Shown in pieces: positions 26,975 to 37,817 of a stretch of DNA of 64,000 nt (positions are counted from its first letter, which is position 1; each line of letters begins with the position of its first letter). Both the position numbers and the translations under genes were made by a program. Origin of the DNA: Raillietiella orientalis (taxonomy: Eukaryota); NCBI GenBank assembly GCA_036172245.1, contig JAYWIR010000029.1, forward strand, positions 682,001-746,000, read 5' to 3'. The notes below the pieces were generated by a model. The model saw only the letters and a list, made by a program, of their open reading frames with translations. It was not told the origin of the DNA and ran no database searches.

Positions 26975-27780
26975 TGGCTGCGGTGCCGAGCGGTGTGGAT
27001 TTGAATCCCGCCCGGGGAAGGCGCGGCACCGAAAAGTGGGTGCGTCATGAGTTCGAGTTTCCCCCGCAAGATGACGCTGGTTGGACTGTAGGCTCCGGGT
27101 GAGGCACCGGCGGATGCCCCCGTTGACTGGTCGGGATTGGAAGTGGATCCTTCCGGGAACCAAGGAGCCCTTCGTGGTTCCCCTCTGGTTGTGAAAAAGG
27201 AGCCGTCCTTTTCCATCGAAGGGGGGGGGGGGGGATCCTTCCATCGCATTGCATGGAGCTGGCTGATGCCTCTCCAGAGTGTCGAGAAGGGCGCTGCTTC
27301 CTTTTCTGTGAAGGACGGGGAACTGCCCTTCAGAGAAATTGGGAAGCGTCCCTTCACGGTTCCCTTCAGAAGAGAAAATCAGGTGCGGGGTCCTTTCCGG
27401 GGGTCCCTCCGGAGAAGAAACGAGGAGTGCTCCCTTTCTGGAGAGTCCCTCCGGAGAGAACAAGGAAGAGGATGTTCTCTTCCAGGTTCCTGGCGGAGAT
27501 AACCAGGAACAAGGGTCCCCTTCGGCCGTGAGCAAGAGGAACGGACTCCATCCTCGGAACCTTCTTGGATTCATAGGGCGGCCCCTCCGGGGCTACTCGC
27601 GAACTTGAAGAGTGACGCGCACCCTTGGGTGGCGTGGACCGTGGCAAAGAGCTTCGCTGAGGAGGAAAAAGGTTCTTCAGCACTTGGTGAACCAAAAAGA
27701 AGGAAACCCGAATGGAAGAAAGGAAAGGAAAGCTGGAAGGGAAGCAGCGAAGCAGGAAAGAACCCAGAAGGATTTCCACC
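26975..27780 (+). repeat. tRNA-headed (SINE-like) dispersed repeat, copy B (uninterrupted)
   Basis: The head GGATTTGAATCCCGCCCGGGGAAGG...GAGTTCGAG...CAAGATGACGC is followed directly by a body starting CGGATGCCCCCGTTGAC, with ~42-bp internal subrepeats. It is homologous to 30900-31935 (+) and 10225-11700 (-). Confidence 0.65.
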
Positions 27781-27789
27781 ACCCCACTG

Positions 27790-28560
27790 AGCCCTACGAT
27801 GGGAACGCAGGCACTGAGGGAGTGACTCGCCTACTATCAGCCCATGCCGAGCACCTCCTGCATACCCGACCCGCACCGCCCCTGTGGGTCCCACTCGCGC
27901 AGGCAGTAGGTTCAATCGAGCGACGTACGGGAAGCGCTAGTCGGAGATCCACAGGTGGTCCCCACCATCCAGGAAGGAACTGCACGCACAAGGCTGTCCA
28001 GCAGAGGACGTGGATGCTTCACGATGAAGCATCCATGTCGGGGAACAGCCGTGCTGCTCCCTAAGATGGGGCTCGCATGCTCAGGAGGTCGATTGTGAGA
28101 AGTTTGGGTGGCTTTCCATCTTCAGATGTCCAGCGCGCTTGCGTTCGCCTTGATGTGTGACGACCTACTGTCCACAGGCTGCGCGCGCCGTTACTGCTCG
28201 GCTTGGTCATTTGTGCGGATATGGTGCCGGACATGAACTCCACAGGGTCCTCTATCGAAGGGGGCGGTTGTTGTTGTTTTGCGCCTCATCCCCCCCCCCC
28301 CCCACTCTAGCTGAAGGGGCGACCTTAGCGCACCTTCTGCAAGACTGTACTGCCCTCCGACCCCTTTGGGGTCGCCTCGCGACGATCCTAGGAATCCAGG
28401 TGAGCAGCAGCCACAGAAACGTCTTTCGACGCCGCTTTGTGCGTGCATCCGTCTCTTCCTTGTCTCTCGCAGTCCTCTGCTGCGTCGGCAGAATCGTGGC
28501 AGCCTGGAACTCCAGAAGAGGCCAGACAGGGACTCCATCAACTGGTGGCGACAATCTCCT
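27790..28560 (+). mobile_element. Degenerate 3' fragment of the same L1/Tx1-like family
   Basis: TLAHLLQDCTALRPLWGRLATILG and LAVLCCVGRIVAAWNSRRGQ match the 10.9-11.3 kb copy. The left boundary is approximate. Confidence 0.55.
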
Positions 28561-28599
28561 TGAAGGTCTCCTCGAGATGGGACCCCACCTAAGGGAAAC

Positions 28600-29358
28600 C
28601 AACAACAGAACTTGTCAGCATCCTGGACAGGATTCAGGGGGAGTCTCCCGGCGACATGTGATGCCTTCCCCGTCCTCCCCACCCTAACAGCAATCCTTCT
28701 GTTGTATTGGGGACTCCCGTTCAACGGCCGCCGACATCATTGGACCCGGAGGAGAGCGAGCCCCAGATGCGGTAGGGGCGGCGAGAGAGAGTCCCTCCTG
28801 CACCTGCTCATGGGTTGTGCCGCCCTCTGTCCCAAGAGGGAACGCTTTACCGCGTACCCGTTGATCCCCGAGGGCAACCCCAGAGACGTTTTGAAGCGCC
28901 TCTCCAGAGCATCACCATCACGCCGGACGCATCCCTAGCAACACTTTGCTGCCTACGCGGGACCGTGTCCGCATGGAACAACGCCAGAGCTCAGAAAGGC
29001 AGGAACGACATCCATTTTGCTGCCCTCTTCCTGAGGACAGCGTCAAGATGTCCCCATCTGGGAACAGTGAAACAGGAACTTGTTGGCATCCTTACAAGGA
29101 TGCAGAGGAGTCCCTCCAGCATCCGGCGATGCCTTTCCGACCTTCCTTCTCCGCATTTTTTTGTATTTCAACTTTCATTTTTCTTTTTGTTTGTCTCCCC
29201 TTTCACCTGTGCTACCGAGGCAAGCCTCGCCGGCCTGCGGGCCGATTCTCGGCAGCTTCTTTCCGTATGTGCTCATAACATGGCAGGATCACGCATCCTG
29301 CCGCCTCCCTGTATGTTTATTTCCAAATAAATGCTCCGGCGTGACCGGGTGTCAACCA
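28600..29358 (+). mobile_element. 3' fragment of the same L1/Tx1-like family including UTR
   Basis: It encodes LLLYWGLPFNGRRHHW...PRCGRGGERESLLHLLMGC (a CxxxC...ES..HLL..C-type knuckle). It is near-colinear at nucleotide level with 11130-11560 and ends AAATAAATGC...GTGACCGGGTGTCAACCA. Confidence 0.65.
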
Positions 29359-29539
29359 CGTTCTACCCTTCCGGAAAACTCTTCCTCCCTTTTTGGTTTG
29401 CTTGTTTGTTTTCTGTTTTCCCTTTTCCGTCGCCGCGGAAACGAACCTTGCCGGTCTTCGTACCTGTCGTGACAGCCAAGTGTCCCACCAGTCTTTTGTT
29501 ATTATTTTGGTAATAAATTTCCCGAAAGAACCAAGTGAA

Positions 29540-30650
29540 AATCTCTTCCATGTACCCCTACCCTGATGAGCTCAGAGCAGTCCAGAAGAGTTTCACGATG
29601 TCTTGGTGCAAAGATGCTGACAGCTTGGGACAGCCAGCCGCGGGAACATTCCTCGGCCTTTCTTGATACAGTGGCACGACCACGACGATCCCTTCGAGTG
29701 GTTCGGAACGCGCATTCGCCTGGTCTCCTGCGTAGTGCTTGCTGAAACTCCAGACCGCCTTCCGACATGCTGCCAGTCCGTGCAAGGGCTGAGGAGGAAA
29801 GGGATACACGCTCGTGGTATCCGGACTTTCCACCCTGGAAACCCGCAGCCCGAGGCGCTGACTTCACTAGGGCGAGCATGATGTGCTCACCCTCGTGAAG
29901 GCCACGATGAAAAATCCTCATGGCTCAGGCGAGTTCCCCCAAAGGCTTGCGTGAATCGAGAGGGTCTGAGACAGGAACGTGGGCACTGCTGGTCTCATCG
30001 GACTCATCCCGGTGATGTGGCAGCAAAATGGGGGAAACGCGTTTACTCAGGTTGACGGAGGTCCCATCTTTCTGATACAGGCTCTCCAGCATCCTGAGAC
30101 ATCATCTACAACTCTAGCTGCGGGTGAGCCAGGAGCACGAGATTTCGTATGCGAGCCAAGAAAGAATCTCTTTCTAGAGATCCTTCACACTCCCTTAGGA
30201 TTCTTTCGATAGCCACATTGAATAGTAGAGGACTCGAGGAACACCCCTGCCTGACCCCTTTGAGGATCCGAATGGATGCGATCGAACGGACAATTCGGGC
30301 ATCCTCCTACAGACGTCTGGCTATTTCCGAGGAAGCATTTCCAACTCCGACCTTTTGAGGAACACCACGTGATGCTTCGCGGAATGTCGCTGCTCCCGGA
30401 GTCAGCCATCACCAGCAGCCGCCTTGAAGCGGCCACAACGACAGAGTGGAAGCGACCAGGCTATCCACGAGAAATGACCAGACCCCCTTGTATGTGGACC
30501 TTCGGCACTTTCGTGCAATCAGATCTAGGGGAACTATGCTGCGCTCTGACTCCCACGTACGGAGCCAGAGCGCTCTCGTTTGCTTCCCAGCGAGTAGTGG
30601 ATCGCAAAATCTGGTCATCTCCATAGCAACCGTTCGTAATAGAAGATAGA
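29540..30650 (+). mobile_element. Possible heavily decayed non-LTR retrotransposon ORF2 remnant
   Basis: Only weak fragments (LTSLGRA...LTLVKAT) recall the post-RT region of L1-clade proteins. It is embedded among other retroelement remnants. Confidence 0.25.
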
Positions 30651-30899
30651 CGCCTTCAAACGAAAAGACAGACTAATGGATCTTCACTACGGATTGCCGG
30701 ACTGGGGGGGGGGAGAATCCTCCGATAGGTCCTCAGTAACAAACAAACTTCTCGGCCTTTTGACTGAGGTCAAAGTGCATAAACATCCAGCCCCGAAGAG
30801 AGGTTGCTTGGGCTAGTAAAGCTAGGGGGTGAGTCAGTCTTAGATTTCTGATTTGGCATCTGCTTGAAGTTACCTCTTCGGACAACGTTCACGTCGGCG

Positions 30900-31935
30900 G
30901 CCGTGCGGCTGCCACCTCCGCACGTGGCACCTAGTGCTGCGGGTTCGAATCCCACCCGGGGAAGGATTGATGCCACGGAAATGGATGCATCATGGGTTCC
31001 AATCCCCTCGCTGCAGGATAACGGTGTTTGGCTTGTAGGTCTCAGATGCAGCACTGGTTGACACCCGGTCACGCCTTGGCATTTATTTCTGAACCTACAT
31101 GTCTGTGGAAGGACGTTTGATCCTGCCATGTTACTTATGAATACGAAAAGGAGCCTACTGGGATCTGGCACGCAGGCCAGCAGGATGCGCCTAGGCATCA
31201 CGAGGGGAGCCGGATGCCCCCGTTGACTGTCCGGGGTTGGAAGTGGACCTTCTGTGGTCCTTCTAGAAATCATCCTTCAGGGTCTCCCTCCGATTGTAGA
31301 AATGGAGAAATGGAGCTGTCCCCTCCCACTCAGAAACAGAGTCCGTTCCATGGTATGCGATGGTGGGGTACGCACTATAAAGCTGGTTGGTACCTCCCCC
31401 TTCGGAACGTTGCCTTTCCAGAGTGTGAAGAAGCGCGTTGCTTTCTCCAGGGAGCGTTCTCCAGAGAAATCGGGAAGCATCCCTTTGGGCTTCCCTTCAG
31501 AGGAGCACCAACAAGGAGCGGTTCCCTTGAGGGTTCCCTCCGGAGAAGAAATTCCGAGTGGATCCTTTCCAGGTTCCCTTAGGAGAAGAAACGAGGAGCA
31601 ACCGCCTCCGGGAGTCCCTCCGGAGAGAATGAGAAAGAGGTGCCCTTTGAAGACAACCTGGACGAAGATTCCCTCCTAGGAGTAAGAGATATGGACTCCT
31701 TCCTTTGGATCCCGTCCTGGATTCATAGAGTGCTCCCTATGAATGGCCCCCTTGACTGGCCCCGAAATTGAAAGTTACACGCTACTCTGAGGTGGAGTGT
31801 GTTAAAGAGTTTTATGAGCCCCTTTCCAGGGAGGAGAAAGGTTCTTCAAAACTTGGAAAACCGAAAGGAAAAAAAAATCCGAAAAAAAGAAGCTGGAAAG
31901 AAAGCTACGAAGGCAGAAGGAACCAAGGGCTTTCC
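30900..31935 (+). repeat. tRNA-headed dispersed repeat, copy C, with a ~140-bp antisense insert (31069-31209)
   Basis: Head GCGGGTTCGAATCCCACCCGGGGAAGG. The body from CGGATGCCCCCGTTGAC (31211) to ~31935 aligns with 27111-27777. Confidence 0.65.
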
Positions 31936-32950
31936 GAGCGATGAACTAGCTCAAAAATTAGCTCAAGAAACTCTCCGGGTCTCTGGTGTGAAAAGAAAAT
32001 CCTTATACCGCCATAAGATGAGGAGCTTGGGCAGTTTATGCTTGGGAATTCGTCTGGAAAGTTCTCAAGAACTTCTGGAGACATCAGGAGGGAGCTTCTG
32101 GGCAGAGGGAAGGCAAGCATCCTTCAGAATGAAAACCGTTTGGGATGGAGAGCTTAAAATACTTGTGGGCGAAGTGACCTTCAATGAGAACACTAAGAAG
32201 GAATAAGAGCTGCGCAAAGAGAGCACGTATGGCAACTTTTTGCTGGAAAGCATCAGAATCAAGGGAAAGCTATGCAGTGCGTAGGATCGCATCTTGACCC
32301 ACGGGGACTTCCTTAGATCTGTTGACTATCGGTTCATCCACGCGGCTCTTCTGAACTCACTTCCAACTCCAAGAGAAGTACAGAGAAGGAAGCAGGACGC
32401 ATGTGTCGGCTGCAAAGACCGTCGGGATGAGAGACCTTGCCTCACGCTGAAGATGAGGAATTCTCATCTCTACACCCCGAAGCATGATGCAATCGAGAAG
32501 ATACAGAAAAAACGTTGCATTGGATGCAGCAAGATGGAATTCCAGTAATGGAAAAGTCTAGGAATTGATTCTACCCTGTGACCTGATTTGATGTTGTAGA
32601 AAGGCAACAGGATGGTAGTGTTGGACGCGTGTTGTCATCTGAAAATGTACAGCAGGCGTTAAGCATAGCCCAAGAAGAAAATCGACAAGCACGTTGACTG
32701 TCAATTCGCAAGGAAGGGGAATCAACGCAAAGTGCATGCTTTTGTCATCGGGCCGCTCGGAACCTGGGACCCTGAGAATGATGCTGTGCTTCGCGGCCCG
32801 GGAATTCCTAGAAAGTACTGGGAGAAAATGAGGCACCTCCTGGTGGTCTCCTGCATCCGGTAGACTGCGGAAGTTCCTGGGCACACGTGCTTGGGCGCGC
32901 CTCCCCGACGAGGCTGAAACAACCTTCCAGCTTAACGATGAAGAGAGCGT
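31935..32950 (+). mobile_element. 5'-truncated, degenerate R2-superfamily (NeSL/Utopia-like) non-LTR retrotransposon, 3' portion with restriction-like endonuclease
   Basis: Frame-shifted fragments read NQGKAMQC, GDFLRSVDYRFIHAALLNSLP, a CxxC followed by KHDAI, and VHAFVIGPLGTWDPENDAVL. These resemble the CCHC / RHD / GALGxW region of NeSL/Utopia elements as recalled from family knowledge. Confidence 0.7.
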
Positions 32951-33360
32951 GGGATGGCTCTTGAAAGTAGAAATGGATATTCTGCAAGGCATGCAGAAAA
33001 GAAAATCTGTAGGCTTTAGTCCACAACCCTGCACCACTCACAAAAATGAAAGAGAATATACAGATAGCGCAGAGCCCTACCATACTCGTTATGAATTGCA
33101 CCTCAGTCCCACGGAACAAGCTCTTCGGTATTGCTGGATATGTGCTGACTGTGGCTGATAAGTGCATACCTACTTTCTCTGACTACTTTTTGTATGGGCA
33201 ATGCCTTAGGGATGATTCTAATTATGCATTTGCGGCTTACGTGGGAGATAGGGCAGATGGTGAGTGCGGGAAAACGAGACGTGTGACTGGGAGCACACGC
33301 TCACCTAGCAGAGCTGTCGCCGGCTTCTAGAATTACGTTTGCTTGGCGATTGCACGTTGA

Positions 33361-35688
33361 CCCTTTGCACTCCAGGTGATGGTTGACACGAGTGACCAGG
33401 AACTCCAGCACGCTTTCGCAATCAAAAATTTGAAAAGCAAATGCTTCTGCTTTGATAAGAAAAAATTATAATCATTCATAAATTCATTTGCACTTCTGCA
33501 CTGAATTCTTCTATTACTGAGCTTTATTTTGATACAAATGAAAAATCAATTTTACATTTTAAAATCTTTCTTTGTATGGTACCTTTCGGAGCAATCTCCC
33601 ATGTGCGCTCTTGACTTTTTGGGACAAGTGCCGTATTCAGTAGTTTGGCGTCTCCCAGCCTTTTTCTCTCTTTTGGAACAGACAACGCAGTCCCTTTTTT
33701 ACATCTTCCCATTAAATGTAGTTTTGCATCTAACCTAATGTCAGATGTAGATGTTGATACTCTTGCTCTCTCCTGGCGAAAATTTCCTACAAATCGATCT
33801 ACTAAGACTTCAACGTATTTCAGGTGCGTTATTGGTGTTTTCCGCTGGCTTTCTTTAACAGTTTTGTTGAGAATATATGAATTGCTGGCACTTATTTCCA
33901 TTCTCCAAAAGAATAACTTCCTCCACCATTTGGGAGATTCTCTCAAGATACAACAGGATGACGCATATTGATCTGCCCGATCACCGCCACCCATGGAAGC
34001 CGTGTAGCTGAGAACCACATTGGGTTTTTCAATCACTGCCTCTGCTCCTCCCCGTTCGATTCTTTTTGTGGTTGTTAACTCAGAATTGTGATAGCTGCTC
34101 CATAGAATTATAATTCTCTTATCTTTCCAAAACAAGAGCATTGTATTTTTCTTTTTATATGCTCCTTTTTTGGGAAAACTTTGGTTTCCTTATTACAGTT
34201 GATACATTTTTCCTGTTTGGATTCATAGCACAGGTTGGGTGGCATTTCATTTTTAGTAGCTCATCTGCTAATCCTGAGCTCATGAACTACTAAAAATGAA
34301 AACTACACTGTTGTAATACCTATCTGTATGCAGATGGTATCCCTGTGCAGTAGGAATACGATCCAGTAATTTCTTACATAAATGTAAAAGTATTCTTGTA
34401 GTAACTGTTAAATCTGGCCGTGCAAGATTTTCTGACGTGGTACTACCATAATATGGAGGAATACTACAAATGTATTCTGTTGCCGAATCTGCTGAAACAT
34501 AAATTCGGATGCCCCACTTCGTTGGTTAATTAAGGTTGTGTATGTAATAAAACATATTTTCCCTTTGAATTTCACTCCAGATTCATCAACGCAAATATAT
34601 TCTCCTGATTTGAAATACCCCGAAATTTTGCCACTTGTATATTCCAAAAAAATTGCTTACTCGTTGAACTTGAGTTCTAATGTCTTCACTTCTGAGATTG
34701 AGGTGCTTTCAAATGTAACATCCAGAATATCTGATTAAATCTTCTTCTTGTGAAGATTTCTGCAAAAAAAGGGATCTCACTATTACGTTTTCTCGACCAA
34801 TACTCCTGTAATTTGGCAGCCACTATTGTCCCCATATTGAAAACAATTCCAATGGATACCAAGAATTCTTTTGTGACATCTTGGCCATGCCTTCCAAATC
34901 GAAAACTTCGTCAGTGCTTCGCTGCGATTATTCTTTTTGCAAAGCTGTTGGTTTCTTCGATGATCCTCTTGACAAGCTCTTCTGTGAAATATCACTGGAA
35001 ACATTCTATTGGTTCCACAACGTTAGATGCACTCTGTGGTCCACTGACCCTGGGCGATACTGTAAAATCAATCCTTTTTGGAATTCTTTTGCTATCCGTT
35101 AGATCGACCCATTCATCTTCTCCGAAAGAGTTTTCACTCTCAAGAATTCCGATTCTTCGTCGCCTTTTCGCAATAATTTCGCTATCACTAGAACGAATTC
35201 CAGAATCATCATCACTTGCACTATCTTCAGATGCAGCATCAGTTAAATTGTCATCAACTGGGTATAAATGAAGTTATTCTTCACTTTCACGCAATTCAAA
35301 ATTTTCATAATCCCTTTCCTCGTTATCCATCTTTACTATATAAATTGCTTTGTAACTGACTGATAGCAGTTAAGAGAGGTACTTTTATAGAAAAGGCGAG
35401 TTCATGTTCCATAAAAAAAAAAAAACCTTAAGAAATCATGGTTGCAACTTTACAGAGTAAAATGGTTGCAGAGCAGTGATCTGTAACAGGAAACTGTGAC
35501 CGAGCACGGCAGTTGCTTGCAATCACTTTGAACGTGCTGACGAACGGGTTACACGTTTTGGTCTGTAATGTGAAGAATGCATAACTCTGGTCCCCATCCT
35601 AACGCATCAACACAATGCATGTCAGCATCAGTGGACCTGTCGTGCCATTTTGAATGTCCCCTCAAAGGAGCCGGTGGAGTGCAATGGG
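33361..35688 (-). mobile_element. Decayed piggyBac DNA transposon (PGBD4-like transposase pseudogene, ~35330-33552)
   Basis: TIRs are CCCTTTGCACTCC (33361-33373) and GGAGTGCAATGGG (35676-35688, one mismatch), flanked by TTGA and TTAA. Broken frames carry piggyBac motifs: FTEELVKRIIEETN, LQEYWS, CVDESGVKFKG, YHLHTDRYYN, WKDKR, KPNVVLSYTASMGGGDRADQ, KWWRKLFFW and a C-terminal CVVC cysteine-rich domain. There are multiple stops and frameshifts. Confidence 0.9.
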
Positions 35689-37817
35689 TTAACCCTTTGC
35701 ACTCCACTGCAGGAGATGGGCAATAAGAGGGTATCATGAGATGGCTTTTACTTTGCCACAGACTGCAAATGGATTCCAAGATCATCCTTGGCAAATGCTC
35801 CGAGAAACTGAAATATTGCTCATGTAGAGCTGATGAATTCTTGTTAAGACTGCAGGACAGCTGGGGCGCTTGCAGCTGACGGACGGCACAGCCCATCTTC
35901 CTTCAAGGTACGCAGACGGGGGCTTGAAATCACAAAAAGATTCATAGGAGCAGTCAAGGAAGGTGGAAGGAATTTACAAGTACAGGAAGATTATGCAAAG
36001 CGAAGTTACAATTAATGAATTCATCCATTACAGAAAGGTACCCAGACGTCATGGTTACTCTGTAAGAATAGAATTAAGGGCGAACTGGTTCGGAAGGCTT
36101 TGCACCTCCCTCAACGTTTTACTCGTACAAGGCAACTTGAAAGCAGTACACGGACAAGCGAGGGCGAATGTCTTATGCGATTAGAAACAAAGGTGAAATG
36201 AAATTTCACATGAGAAACATATGCGAATTAGTAATGCAATCCGATGTCAAGCTTCTTAAGATACAGAAATTGTTTACCAACAGAAACAGAAGGAAATCGG
36301 TATTAATTGAACCTCTGCTTCTAAGAAACGATCTCTTTATGCTTGTTTGAACCCTTAACCTCTAACTTAAGGGAGCCTTCACAACACAGGCATTCCCTTA
36401 CGTGCATCCTTAAAAGGTGTATGTGTGCATGGAACTGCATTTTAAATTCATTTGAGCAAACAGTGCATGCTTAGTGTTTAAATAGAAAAAAAAAGTCATT
36501 CACCTCAGAGAAGAAAAAAAATCAACAAAGATGTATTATCTCATTCACCATACTGGCATGGGCATTAACTATATGAACAGCATGCAGAGAATTTCACGTG
36601 GTTTGTCAAGATGCTAATTCTGTGCCAAAGGCAATATTAAAACAAAAGTATAAATAATTTTATTTGTAAATTAACGATGAAAAAACATTTAAATGAATCT
36701 GTAACAATTCTAAATAAGGTAAAAATGTGTGTGCAAATAAACATAATTTAAACAACACCATGATCCAAGGCAAATGAATTCATTTCTCCTGAAAGTAAAC
36801 CCAAATCTAGATTACTCACTTTCTTATTTTTATAAGGTGAGTAATCTAGATTTGGGTTCACGAGTGAAACGCTGCTGTAACCATAAATAAAATACCATAT
36901 GAGAGGGTGAAATCACAAATCCAGAAGTAATTAAAAAATATAAGGACAACTTGTAAATAGAACACACAAACTGGATCATTGAACTTTGTACTACTTTTTG
37001 GTTTGGATGCTGGATTTTCATTTGACATCGAGGTTGATTTTAATTCAACACCGTTGTTCATTAAAGATCAACAACTGTACAATACCTTTTGCATTTTACT
37101 CATAAAACTGCAAATTCCTACACGGTACAAGAGATGAAATTTGGAATGCTGAATTAGAATCACATATTGATTCAGAATTATAAATATGTTTGAAATAATA
37201 ATTCTTCACAGAGCAATAACGTCACAGTAAAAGCAAGCAGATTTCCTAAATTTCCAACTACAAACTAAGTAGGAGACTAATATATTAACTTTCAAATTCT
37301 GGATTCAGTGATCTGTGGTTCCTGCTGAGAATTATGCAACAAGTGGATCAAAATATTTCTGCCCTACAAGGTTAAAAAAAAAACTTGAAACTTGAAAAAC
37401 TTCACCTACATGCAAGAATGGCAACCTGACCTGACTTCCTCACACTACTTCTTTCCTTTGAAAGGTGTTTATTTGATGCTAGAAATAGAAAAATTAGCAA
37501 AAATACAAGAAATTTAATAGAAGAAATAAATGCACAATATGAAAAGCTACAAAACACGCTTTCCACATCAGCTTTCTATCATTTTAAACTTTTATGAAAA
37601 TAGGTTGCACCTCTACACAAACCTAATTTATGGTTTGAAATTTTTCAACATCGGTGACTGCTCTTTTTTTTTATGTTGCAAACTATGTTCACTACTCAAC
37701 TATGTTCTCAAACTATGTTCAGTATTCTAGCATAATATACTGGAAGATTCGTAAAATCTTAAAACTCCCTATTAAAACAGGGTGCCAGTTACTGAGATTC
37801 AACAGTAAGCACACAAT

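Noticed and set aside
34750..35271. Plus-strand 173-aa ORF
   Set aside because: It is the antisense shadow of the piggyBac transposase remnant.
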